A DNA stretch of 42,907 nucleotides. Origin: Fibrobacteria bacterium (GTDB taxonomy: Bacteria > Fibrobacterota > Fibrobacteria > UBA11236). Location of the stretch: assembly GCA_043745805.1 (NCBI GenBank), contig JAYTSD010000012.1, forward strand, positions 1 through 42,907, read 5' to 3'. A program made the position numbers and the translations under genes. Shown piece after piece: positions 10,018 to 19,305 of this stretch (its first letter is position 1; each line of letters begins with the position of its first letter). The notes below the pieces were generated by a model, which had not been told where the DNA came from, ran no database searches, and saw only the letters and a program-made list of their open reading frames with translations.

Positions 10018-11066
10018 CAGTCAGCGATTACCCTATGATAGATTTTAAACCTTTTTCGATTAGGAGTCATGGTTTTTCCTTCAACCGTGACGGTAATGGC
10101 ATTTTTCTTTGCGGCGAATACATAAATAGTATCATAATGACTAATCACGAAATCTTTCCCCTTATATAACATTACACCAAATTCTCCTCGGCCTGGTCTC
10201 TGTATCTGTACCCAAACGCTCTCGATAGAGGAGCGCAAAGTTCCTGCGATATGAACGGCAGAATCATTTTTTGGTGAGGCTACCAAAGATTTAATGGGAT
10301 TAGATGTGAATTTGCTGGTATCGATACTTTTTAATGGAGACTGAGTATTAGCCGCATTTGACGAATTTCCCCATGCGGGTAACGTTGTCGTTACGGGCTT
10401 GGTCATCACAGGTTGCGGACCTTGAGAGGGTAATGGCGCGGCATTCGATGAATTAGTTACGGTAGAATGGGTTATTATTTTGTTGGTATCACGTCGGGTG
10501 GGAAGGGTCAAATCAGTACTCGCAGAAATATCCATGGAATCAGGAATTAAGGATTTGCTTTCGGGGATACTGGTATCGGCGAGTTGAGCTAAGCTATCGG
10601 GGTTCGGGGAAATTGATCCCAGTGGGGGAGGCGTAATGGGATCATTATTTTCGCCACTATTTAATTTTCCGATGATAAACATTAATGCGAATAGTAAAAC
10701 AATTACTACTGCGATAAAAATTTTGCGATGAGCAGTGACATGCGTTTGCGCCAAGTCAGTATAGGGGACCGACGGTTCTGCGGCTTTGAGTGCTTTTCCA
10801 GTTTCTTCGATATACAATTTTAAAACATCATTATATTCCAAGCCTAATGCGCGGCTCACCGATCCCAAAAGGGCACGAATATAGGGGTCACCGGAAAGTT
10901 CATGATAATGACCGTTCTCTAAAGCACCTAAAATGGGTAAAGTGATGCGTAAAGTATTGCAAAGGTTTTCTGCCGAAAGCCCTTTTGCTTCCCTAGCTTT
11001 TTTTAAAACATCCCCTACGCTCATAATTGGTTTTTCTTCATTCGGTTTTTCGGCTTGGTTTTCCAT
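10017..11066 (-). CDS. rodZ: RodZ-like HTH membrane protein
   Basis: VGDVLKKAREAKGLS...LENGHYHEL..PYIRALL (HTH_25-like), one TM, Pro/Ser/Thr linker, C-terminal beta domain (SVWVQI). Confidence 0.8.
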   Translation of the reverse strand: MENQAEKPNEEKPIMSVGDVLKKAREAKGLSAENLCNTLRITLPILGALENGHYHELSGDPYIRALLGSVSRALGLEYNDVLKLYIEETGKALKAAEPSVPYTDLAQTHVTAHRKIFIAVVIVLLFALMFIIGKLNSGENNDPITPPPLGSISPNPDSLAQLADTSIPESKSLIPDSMDISASTDLTLPTRRDTNKIITHSTVTNSSNAAPLPSQGPQPVMTKPVTTTLPAWGNSSNAANTQSPLKSIDTSKFTSNPIKSLVASPKNDSAVHIAGTLRSSIESVWVQIQRPGRGEFGVMLYKGKDFVISHYDTIYVFAAKKNAITVTVEGKTMTPNRKRFKIYHRVIAD

Positions 11067-11141
11067 GGTGATTTTTCTTTTTCTCTAAGATAATTTATTC
11101 AGTTGGGAAATCCTTATCAGGAATTCTTTAAAAGAAGATCT

Positions 11142-11720
11142 TTAAAAAATAGGCCTTATAAAAGGCTTGAGTAAATCTAAAGTTAATTGCACGGGTAGGC
11201 CCATGACATTATAAAAACAACCCTCAATTTTTTTGACTAAGCAGGCACCTCGCCCTTGAATGGCATAAGATCCTGCTTTATCCATCGGTTCGGAGGACCG
11301 TGCATAGGTTTGTAAATCCAAAGCAGAACTTTGCACAAAGGAAACGAGGGTTTCCGTATGGCCGCTCGCCATGATTTTACCCGCTTGTGCTATGGCTACT
11401 CCAGTAATAACGGAATGGGTTTGCCCATTTAAACTTTGCAACATGTGTAAGGCTTCATCATGATCTTTGGGTTTACTCAAAATTTTCCCCTCTAGAAATA
11501 CCAGGGTATCGGCGCTTAAAACAATATCCTCCGAGGCTTTTGCTTGAATGGATAATGCTTTACCCTTGGCTAAAAATTCAGGTACCTCTTTAAATGGTAA
11601 ATCAGAGTCGAAGTTTTCTTCAAAATCCGGATTAATCAAGCTAAAATCAAATCCTAACATACGCAAAATGAATTCGCGTCTTGGGGAAATACTGGCTAGA
11701 ATTAAAGAGGATTTTTCCAT
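11142..11720 (-). CDS. maf: Maf nucleoside triphosphate pyrophosphatase
   Basis: LILASISPRR; LSADTLV; KPKD; DKAGSYAIQG; GCFYNVMGLP. Confidence 0.95.
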   Translation of the reverse strand: MEKSSLILASISPRREFILRMLGFDFSLINPDFEENFDSDLPFKEVPEFLAKGKALSIQAKASEDIVLSADTLVFLEGKILSKPKDHDEALHMLQSLNGQTHSVITGVAIAQAGKIMASGHTETLVSFVQSSALDLQTYARSSEPMDKAGSYAIQGRGACLVKKIEGCFYNVMGLPVQLTLDLLKPFIRPIF

Positions 11721-11737
11721 AGGGTAAAGGTAGGATT

Positions 11738-14191
11738 TTAGCGCTTAAAGCGCCGTGTATTGTTATTGCTACTCTCTAATTTTACATCGGGTAAATCAAT
11801 AATACGAATGTTAAAACTCCATCCTTCCGATATGCCTACCGGCGTCCAATTAAAGTCCATTTGCCAGCAATGTAAGGTACGCGCAAAGCCAAAAGTATGT
11901 TTGGAAAATTTTCCATCCGCAAAATTATAATCGGTATTATAAGTCATTTTCCATTCATGAGTAGGATTAATACGCAGTCCTCCATCGGCATGATGAGTGC
12001 GGGTGAGATTAAATACCTCTGGGCCTACTCTCTGTGCTTGAAAGTCAAAACTGTAATTCATATTTGCCGACCAAGGACTTTTTTCAAAGGTTGAATTTCC
12101 AGGAATGCCGGTGCCACTTTTGATTTTTGTTCCGGTATTAAAATCACCACCCACTTCTAAACTTTTACGCCAGCCAAAACTATAGGATTTGAGAATAGGA
12201 AAATTAATGAGATTTTTTTGGTCTTCACTGGCATAGTCATCATAAAAAGTATGTATAGTCGAAATCGTGAAGGCAATAGTTGGCGTAAAATAAAGACTAA
12301 ATGAGCTGGATATATCGGACCAAGGTCGAAGTTTATTTGCGAAATTGTAATTGGTGGTAGAGGTTGCGGAAAGAATTTTATAAGGCTCCACTTTTTTATC
12401 CTTTAAAGCAGAATCTCCTTCGCTCGCTAGTTTAATGTCAACATCATTGCCTAAACTAAAAGTCACGGTTCTTTGTTCGGCTTGAAATGCTTGGCCTCCA
12501 ATTTTTGGATTGGGAACTAAATGGGTATTCGAATCGAGACGTGGTGCATAAGTTACCCCCACACCAGGAATTAGGGTATGGCGAATGCCTCCCAATACTC
12601 CAAACCAAGGCTTGTTATCTGCGGGTTTAGCAATGCCATATAAACGAGTGTCAAAATTAATGCTGGTATTATAGCGGAAAAAATAATCGCCTACTTCACC
12701 GCGTTCAGGATGATAGGCCGGTTCAAATGGATGAGTGGAATCACCCGTTTTGGAATTCAAGCTCCATAACTGATTAAAATTAATGGAGGGAGTCCAATTG
12801 ATATTATCCCATAAAGAATATTTACCACTTAAACTTAATCCATCACTATAGCCCACATAAGTATTCGTATCGCCTCGTGCTGTATTTAAAGCCGGTTTGG
12901 ACAGTTGATAAATATTAAAGTGATTTCCATAATTGTAATTCAATTTTTGATACCATTGCGGATCAGGAGGCGTTACGGTTTCCCAATTTTCATCTTCGGG
13001 AACGGGAAACAAAGGCCCACTAACACCAAAAGTAAAATCAGGAATATCTCGTTCTATTTGATTGGCGGTGAGATTATTGATTTGGCTTAAGTTCAAATTC
13101 GTGACGGCTTGATTCCAGTCAAATGTTCGGCGATAGCCTAAATTAGCATTGGCTGTTTGCTTTAATTTATCCGCTTCATTTAAAGCATTTCTATCCACCA
13201 CCGTGGCATCGCTTTGAAAACGGCCACTCCCTTTTAAAGTTTGTTTTCCATCGGGAGTAATAAACTGATCATGAGTAAAATCAACATGCCAACCTGCATT
13301 TGCGGGATCAAATTCATTGATATAATATTTTCCACCTAAGCTACCCGATAACGAGTATCGTTTGACATAACGATAATTCCAGTTCACATTGGTTTTGTCG
13401 AAGTTACCTTGTTCCCCTTCAATTAAATCACCACTTAAAAGAAAGTCTGTATAATCATTAATAGCCCAGTAATAGCCAAGATTAGTCATATAAAATCCTT
13501 GCGCTTGATCTCCACCAAATTTAGGCTGCAAAATGCCGGAGCGCCGACCTTTACCCAAAGGAATAACCATCATCGGCAATACGGCAATGGGCACATCTTC
13601 AATATTCATCACGATCGGGCCGGAAAGTACCTTGGACTTGGGTTCCATGACCATGCGTCGGCTATAAAAATAATAATGCTTATGCTTGGGATCATTGCAG
13701 GTAGAAAAATCGCCTCGCGCTAAATAAACCTCACCATTTTTTTCGCGGCGAATTTCCATCCCGTTAAAATTTTGATGATCCTTTTGCGAAGAACCATAAT
13801 AAATTTCGCCCACTTTCGATTTTAAATTGTAACGCATTTTATAACCCGTAATGGAAGGGTTACTGGGGTCATGAATCATAGGACCGCCTACAGCTTCAAC
13901 AATACCTTGATCATGATCATAAACAATTGTGTCGGCATAAAGGAGAGAACCTTTAAAGCTAAGTAAAGCCGTATTGGCTAGGGAAAATTGATCGCGACGA
14001 TACCGAATATGCACGGCAGAATAAGTGACCGTATCAGGCGTGTTATCGGTGGAATCGGCTAAAACAAGGCTGTCTTTTTTTTCATTTTTTAATTTGGCTA
14101 AAGAGTCGGCTTTGATTAAGCTATCGGGAGGCGGAGGCAATTTAAATAGCGTTTGCGCTTGGGGAACATACAGACAAAGCAGAAAAACCAC
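11738..14191 (-). CDS. lptD: Putative LPS assembly protein LptD (FCB type); start may be upstream
   Basis: OstA-like N-terminus; FSTC; RRSGILQP; GYYWAINDYTD; C-terminal RTLHCWQMDFNW. Confidence 0.85.
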   Translation of the reverse strand: MVFLLCLYVPQAQTLFKLPPPPDSLIKADSLAKLKNEKKDSLVLADSTDNTPDTVTYSAVHIRYRRDQFSLANTALLSFKGSLLYADTIVYDHDQGIVEAVGGPMIHDPSNPSITGYKMRYNLKSKVGEIYYGSSQKDHQNFNGMEIRREKNGEVYLARGDFSTCNDPKHKHYYFYSRRMVMEPKSKVLSGPIVMNIEDVPIAVLPMMVIPLGKGRRSGILQPKFGGDQAQGFYMTNLGYYWAINDYTDFLLSGDLIEGEQGNFDKTNVNWNYRYVKRYSLSGSLGGKYYINEFDPANAGWHVDFTHDQFITPDGKQTLKGSGRFQSDATVVDRNALNEADKLKQTANANLGYRRTFDWNQAVTNLNLSQINNLTANQIERDIPDFTFGVSGPLFPVPEDENWETVTPPDPQWYQKLNYNYGNHFNIYQLSKPALNTARGDTNTYVGYSDGLSLSGKYSLWDNINWTPSINFNQLWSLNSKTGDSTHPFEPAYHPERGEVGDYFFRYNTSINFDTRLYGIAKPADNKPWFGVLGGIRHTLIPGVGVTYAPRLDSNTHLVPNPKIGGQAFQAEQRTVTFSLGNDVDIKLASEGDSALKDKKVEPYKILSATSTTNYNFANKLRPWSDISSSFSLYFTPTIAFTISTIHTFYDDYASEDQKNLINFPILKSYSFGWRKSLEVGGDFNTGTKIKSGTGIPGNSTFEKSPWSANMNYSFDFQAQRVGPEVFNLTRTHHADGGLRINPTHEWKMTYNTDYNFADGKFSKHTFGFARTLHCWQMDFNWTPVGISEGWSFNIRIIDLPDVKLESSNNNTRRFKR

Positions 14192-14322
14192 TCTAAAAAG
14201 AAACGATCTGAGACGCGATCTATTGCCAAGGCAAAAATAAAAGCGATTAAAACAATCAGCAGAATTCGACAGAGTGACCCTTAGGCTTAAATTGAGCCTT
14301 TAAGGTAAAAATTAGGGGGGAT

Positions 14323-14622
14323 TTATAACAGCTTAAGGCGTTCTTCAGGAGATAAAAGCGTCACAATGCGTACGCCAAAATTTTCATCAACTAAAGCGAC
14401 TTCGCCTTTGGCAACGGTTTTTCTATTGATCACTAAGTCAACGCTTTCGCCAGCTAGGCGATCGAGTTTTACAATACTACCTGGATTTAAATCTAATAAT
14501 TCTTTAACACTCATTTTTTTGTGACCGAGTTCTAACAAGACAGGTAGGGTTATGTCTTGCAATTGCTCAATGGTGAGTCGCTTTTTTGCGGAACGTTTGT
14601 ATTCGGTATTAAGTCCTGACAT
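14323..14622 (-). CDS. fliN: Flagellar switch FliN / SpoA-domain protein
   Basis: DITLPVLLELG...ELLDLNPGSIVKLDRLAGESVDLVIN..VAKGEVALVDENFGVRI. Confidence 0.9.
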   Translation of the reverse strand: MSGLNTEYKRSAKKRLTIEQLQDITLPVLLELGHKKMSVKELLDLNPGSIVKLDRLAGESVDLVINRKTVAKGEVALVDENFGVRIVTLLSPEERLKLL

Positions 14623-14648
14623 GTACTGATTGTACCATAAAAAATCAA

Positions 14649-15557
14649 TTAAAGCATTTGCAGAAAAATCTTGGCTTTTTCTTCTTCGGCCAAGCCTTTT
14701 TCTTTGAAATCATTGATTTTTTCATCATCCAAATGCATTTCGGACCAAACTTGTGGGTCAATGATGGATGGTGGCGAAAATTCCTCGGGATGATGCATAG
14801 CATGGGCTAAGGAATCGGCTACATGCACAAAGTCAACCAGGCGCAATAAACTCTCAGGCTCTAGAGGGGGTTCGGCGAGACGAGCTTCTAAGGGTTGATG
14901 ATGATAATGAATCGCATTAATCAAGGCAATCGGCAAATGCCATTTTTGGGCTAACCAACCTCCAATTTCTTGATGAGTTAATCCTAAGATTGCAATTTCG
15001 GCTTCGCGAGTGGAGCTTCCATTTTTTTGCTCATAAGCCAATATTTCGTCGTATTCTGCATGCAAGTTTTGGCAAATAATCATCTTTCCAATATCATGTA
15101 ATAACCCTCCAATAAAGGCTTCTTCCTGATAGGGTAGATTTTGTTTGGAGGCGATAACTCTGGCAATAGCGCCGGTAGTTAATGAATGCATCCAATAATC
15201 TTGGGTATTAAAAGTATGATGAGTTTTTCCGCGACTTAAAGCTTGCATTACTGATGTAGTGAGCACTAGGTTCCGAATGGTTGAAAAACCAAGTATGACT
15301 ACAGCTTGAGTCATTGTGCCTATACGTCCAGGAAAGCCATAGAATGGAGAGTTTACCAACTTCAATACTTTGGACGAAAGTACAGGATCCTTGGAAATGG
15401 CCCGACCTAAATCTTCGGCAGAAGTTTTTGGATTTTCCATTAAGTTATTTAAGACCAATAGAATGGAAGGCAAAGTCGGTAAATCCGTAATTCTTTGTAC
15501 TAGGTTTTTCATTTCATGGGTGTCTAATCGCAAGATGAAAATCCTTTCTTGGTCCAA
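14649..15557 (-). CDS. HDOD-domain protein
   Basis: LPTLP; DPVLSSKVLKLVNSPFYG; AVVILG; GLLHDIGK; WHLP...HHQP. Confidence 0.92.
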   Translation of the reverse strand: MDQERIFILRLDTHEMKNLVQRITDLPTLPSILLVLNNLMENPKTSAEDLGRAISKDPVLSSKVLKLVNSPFYGFPGRIGTMTQAVVILGFSTIRNLVLTTSVMQALSRGKTHHTFNTQDYWMHSLTTGAIARVIASKQNLPYQEEAFIGGLLHDIGKMIICQNLHAEYDEILAYEQKNGSSTREAEIAILGLTHQEIGGWLAQKWHLPIALINAIHYHHQPLEARLAEPPLEPESLLRLVDFVHVADSLAHAMHHPEEFSPPSIIDPQVWSEMHLDDEKINDFKEKGLAEEEKAKIFLQML

Positions 15558-15649
15558 TTCATTTCTTTATTTTAAAATGCATTAAGCAGGACAAGCAATT
15601 GAAATAATGCGAGAATTAAAATAATCTCAAATTTACGAGGCCTATTCGA

Positions 15650-16888
15650 GTGAGAAACACAGCCGCGAAACAAAATTATTTTGGGCGAAGCTTGCCCAAG
15701 CTTTTGTCTGCAATATCTATTGCTGTTGCACTTATGGTATCATACAGCAAGAGTGAAGCGTCGACGGAAATTTTACATGCCTTAGGGAGTGGATTTGGAA
15801 AAATAAGTCCCATCGGTTTAGTGCTCTGCGCTCTTATGGTGATCGGTGTATTGGGTTTCACCGTGTTTTGGGAAATCCGTAAAAGCTTGCATTTACAAAG
15901 AGAAAAATTGGAAATTGGCTGGCAGTTCTTTAATGATTTGGCCACCCAAAAAAATCTTTCGCCATTGGAAATAGAATTGCTAAAAAAAATCGTGGAAAGT
16001 TCGGGAATTAGTAGCGCCGATATGGTTTTTGAATCAGCGACTATATACGAAGAAGCTTTGGATACGTTTTTACATAGTCAAGGTTCCAAAATGGATAAAG
16101 AGGAATTGCTTTATGCTCAGCTCAGAGGGTTAAGGCTAAAATTAGGCTTCGCCGTATTGCCCAAAGAAACGCCTTGGAGTAGCACGCGTCAATTAGAAGT
16201 CAATAAAATCCTAACTTTAAATTGGAAGGATGATGTCTATAAGGGTGTAGTCACGGAGGTCAATGAAAAAAATTGGTTCCTTATGCTCGTGGAGCCTTAT
16301 CCCCAAATAAATGTGGGTGAAGAATTAATATTCTCTTGTTTGCGTAGCAGCGATGGCGAATATGTTTTTACCAGTCGAATTGCAGGGTTGCGAAATAGCA
16401 CTAAGATTTTCTATATGACACATACTCGGGAATTGGAGCGCAAACAAATGCGCAATTGGGTCCGAGCAGAAGTTAATATTCCTTGTCGAGTGACGGTCCT
16501 TAAAAAAAGTGAGGACCCTCAATTGGAAGGACCTCAACCTATGGTGGGGCAAGTTGTTGAAGGTCGATTAGCAGACTTAAGCGGAGGAGGAGCTTGCGCG
16601 CGTTTCGCCAGTGCGATTCCAAAAGGTTATATTTTAGCATTAAATTTTGATCTGCCCGGAAGTTCTCTGCGCGGAGTGGAATGCGAAGTCATGCGCTTGG
16701 TATCGGTGCAAAAAAATGGTCGGGATTGGATAGAACATAATTTTAAATTCAAACCCATGGAAACTGTTCAACAAGAAAAGATTGTACGCTATGTTTTCGA
16801 AAAACAAAGACTTGATTCACAAACTCGAGTTATAGTTAAGAACGAAAATAAAAGTGTGAAAAACGAGAAGAACGAAAAAATTAACTGA
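15650..16888 (+). CDS. Membrane-anchored YcgR-like PilZ-domain protein
   Basis: N-terminal hydrophobic segments; intact c-di-GMP motifs QMRNWVR (RxxxR) and DLSGGG (DxSxxG). Confidence 0.85.
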   Translation: MRNTAAKQNYFGRSLPKLLSAISIAVALMVSYSKSEASTEILHALGSGFGKISPIGLVLCALMVIGVLGFTVFWEIRKSLHLQREKLEIGWQFFNDLATQKNLSPLEIELLKKIVESSGISSADMVFESATIYEEALDTFLHSQGSKMDKEELLYAQLRGLRLKLGFAVLPKETPWSSTRQLEVNKILTLNWKDDVYKGVVTEVNEKNWFLMLVEPYPQINVGEELIFSCLRSSDGEYVFTSRIAGLRNSTKIFYMTHTRELERKQMRNWVRAEVNIPCRVTVLKKSEDPQLEGPQPMVGQVVEGRLADLSGGGACARFASAIPKGYILALNFDLPGSSLRGVECEVMRLVSVQKNGRDWIEHNFKFKPMETVQQEKIVRYVFEKQRLDSQTRVIVKNENKSVKNEKNEKIN

Positions 16889-16895
16889 CCTTCAA

Positions 16896-16924
16896 TTGCA
16901 TTCATCGCAAGTGGGTGATATAAT
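16896..16924 (+). promoter_or_regulatory. Sigma70-type promoter of the pil operon
   Basis: TTGCAT-17 nt-TATAAT with extended -10 TG, 42 nt upstream of the pilM TTG (RBS GAGGA). Confidence 0.7.
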
Positions 16925-16966
16925 TCATTATTGTGAAGTTTTGAAAATTGGAATATAGAGGACTTT

Positions 16967-18049
16967 TTGGCTTTTAAAGACACCATTTTAAGACTAATTC
17001 AAGGCGATCCTTCAAGCGTCGGTATTGATATTGGCAATCACAGTATAAAAATTGTGAAAATTGCACATCGCGCGCAAGGCCGTGTTTTGGAAGGCGCTGG
17101 TATTCATGTATTGAAACCGGAAACTATAATCGCGGGCGAAATAAAAAACCGTGATGAGCTTTTGCAAGCTTTGACCTCCTTAGTGCATAGAACTGATCCC
17201 AGTGGTAAAATTCGCGATGTTATTTTGTCGCTATCTTGGTCCTATGGCGTTATTGCGGATCGCATTCATCTCAAAGCCAATAAAATGGAAAGTGATGAAG
17301 AACTTATTCTTATGGAAGCCGGACAGCGTAGCCCATTTGATGTAGATAATATCACGCTCGATTATAAAATCTTGCATAAAAACACTGAAACGGATGACAT
17401 GGAAGTGTTACTCGTAGCTGCCAAGTTACAGGTCATGCAAAGTTATATTGATTTACTTTATGAAGCGGGTTTGCGCCCCGTGGTCATTGATGTGGATGCT
17501 TTTGCGGTTACCAATGCCTATTTACTTTCGGCTCCTCCCGAAGATGAAGCGAAGGTGGTTTCACTCATCAATATTGGTGAGCATTTAACTAATCTTACCT
17601 TTTTAAAAAATGGAACCTATCATTCAACTCGCGATATTGCTACTGCAAGCGATTTTTTTGTAAAAACGCTTATGAAAAATTTAAAATGCGACCGCGAAGA
17701 AGCCTCGAATATTTTAAAAGGTAAAGCCAATGATAAATTTAATGCAGCGATGATTAATCGTAGCATTGAATTTGCAGCAGAAGAATTATCCGTAGGCATT
17801 GATTTAGCTTTCAGTTATTTTCAAAGTTCAGAAAATCATTTGAAAGTGGAAAAAATGGTATTATGCGGCGGTGGCGCTTGTATTCGTAATCTTGCTGGAA
17901 TAATGGTGAAGCGCCATAATGTTGAAGTGGAAATTAGTAATCCTTTGGCACATGTCGCTCTCGACGAGAAGAAGTTTAGCGGACCGATTCCCGAAAATAT
18001 TTCGACCATTTTGACCGTGGCCACAGGCCTAGCCTTGAGGCGCGTGTAA
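16967..18049 (+). CDS. pilM: Type IV pilus assembly protein PilM
   Basis: VGIDIGNHSIK; MEVLLVAAK; AGLRPVVIDVDAFA; LCGGGA; ATGLALR. Confidence 0.94.
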   Translation: MAFKDTILRLIQGDPSSVGIDIGNHSIKIVKIAHRAQGRVLEGAGIHVLKPETIIAGEIKNRDELLQALTSLVHRTDPSGKIRDVILSLSWSYGVIADRIHLKANKMESDEELILMEAGQRSPFDVDNITLDYKILHKNTETDDMEVLLVAAKLQVMQSYIDLLYEAGLRPVVIDVDAFAVTNAYLLSAPPEDEAKVVSLINIGEHLTNLTFLKNGTYHSTRDIATASDFFVKTLMKNLKCDREEASNILKGKANDKFNAAMINRSIEFAAEELSVGIDLAFSYFQSSENHLKVEKMVLCGGGACIRNLAGIMVKRHNVEVEISNPLAHVALDEKKFSGPIPENISTILTVATGLALRRV

Positions 18050-18669
18050 TGGCCGATTTTATTGAAGTAAACCTACTCCCTATTGAGTATAGAGTGATTA
18101 AAAAGGATTATTCCTTTTTAATTGATATGCGCATTTTGCTTTCCACCATGATTTTGTTGGGAACAATTATTGGTTATTATATAGGCCAATCTTTTTTCCA
18201 TTCGAATTTGACCAAGAAGCAAGAAACCTTAAAACATTTAGATGCGGAAATTGGTCAAAATAATTATGTGGCAGGAAGAATCAAAGAATTAGAAACTTTG
18301 CGCGACGAAAAAAACGCGAAAAATAACTCCTTAAAAAGTATTAGTGTGAGTAAAAGAAAATGGGTACGCATTCTTGAAGGGGTGAATAAATCATTGCCTT
18401 TGAATATGTGGGTGGAGTCGATTAAACAAAGTGAAAGTTCACCCACCGAAATGGAAATCAAAGGCCGAACTTTTGTATTTCCCGAAATTGCCGAATACAT
18501 GCTTGACCTGGAAAAAAACGAATACTTTTCCCGAGTCAGTTTAAATGGAATCGAATTACAAAAAGAAAAAGATAAAAGTTCTTTTTTATTCACGCTTAAA
18601 ATTAATTTGAATCCCAATGTGGGCATTGACGCCTTAGTGGATACAGAAAAGAAGGGGAATTATTTATGA
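18049..18669 (+). CDS. pilN: Type IV pilus assembly protein PilN
   Basis: EVNLLP motif, TM, coiled coil, LPLNMWV; TAATG overlap with pilM. Confidence 0.9.
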   Translation: MADFIEVNLLPIEYRVIKKDYSFLIDMRILLSTMILLGTIIGYYIGQSFFHSNLTKKQETLKHLDAEIGQNNYVAGRIKELETLRDEKNAKNNSLKSISVSKRKWVRILEGVNKSLPLNMWVESIKQSESSPTEMEIKGRTFVFPEIAEYMLDLEKNEYFSRVSLNGIELQKEKDKSSFLFTLKINLNPNVGIDALVDTEKKGNYL

Positions 18670-19262
18670 AGCCCCTAAATATTACGCTTAATGCAAAATT
18701 GTGGATTTACGCTGCGGTTTGTGGTTTGGGTATTTTATACCTCGCCTATCAATTCTATACCGCGGAATACATGGCTTATAGTCAGGAAATAGAGCGTATT
18801 GATAGTGATACCAAAAAGAAGAAAGGGCAGCTTCGTCAGATTATGGCGCAAAAACAGCGTCTTAAAGATTTGGAAAATGAAATTGAAATGGCCAATCAAG
18901 AATTTGCCCATCTTAAAGAAATGTTTCCAGATGAGGAAGCTATTCCAAGACGCTTGATCGACTTAACGACAGTAACTCGCAAGTCACTTACCTTGCCTAC
19001 CAAATTTTTACCGCTAAATGGCGAGGAAAAAGAATTTTATAAAGAAAACAATTATGCGATTACCATTTCTTCGAGTTATCATGCTTTGGGAATGTTGTTT
19101 GGGGAAGTGGCTAATTTTAAATACCCTACGGCTATTAGCAAATTGCAAATTGAACGCGCGCCGGACTTAGACAAAGAAATTGAAGATGCCCGTGAGCATG
19201 GGGAAACACCTCGAACGATTATCGCCAATTTTCAACTCACAACTTTTACTTCGAAAAAATAA
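18666..19262 (+). CDS. pilO: Type IV pilus assembly protein PilO
   Basis: TM, coiled coil, FPDEEAIP, EFYKE, SYHALGMLF; position in operon. Confidence 0.88.
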   Translation: MKPLNITLNAKLWIYAAVCGLGILYLAYQFYTAEYMAYSQEIERIDSDTKKKKGQLRQIMAQKQRLKDLENEIEMANQEFAHLKEMFPDEEAIPRRLIDLTTVTRKSLTLPTKFLPLNGEEKEFYKENNYAITISSSYHALGMLFGEVANFKYPTAISKLQIERAPDLDKEIEDAREHGETPRTIIANFQLTTFTSKK

Positions 19263-19305
19263 TGATGCTGTATAACTCTTTGTGGCCAAACGTTAGCTTG
19301 CGAAC

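Noticed and set aside
14323-14622. fliN plus secretin as a type III secretion system
   Set aside because: The secretin lies in a pilMNOPQ operon, and no export apparatus or ATPase genes are present.
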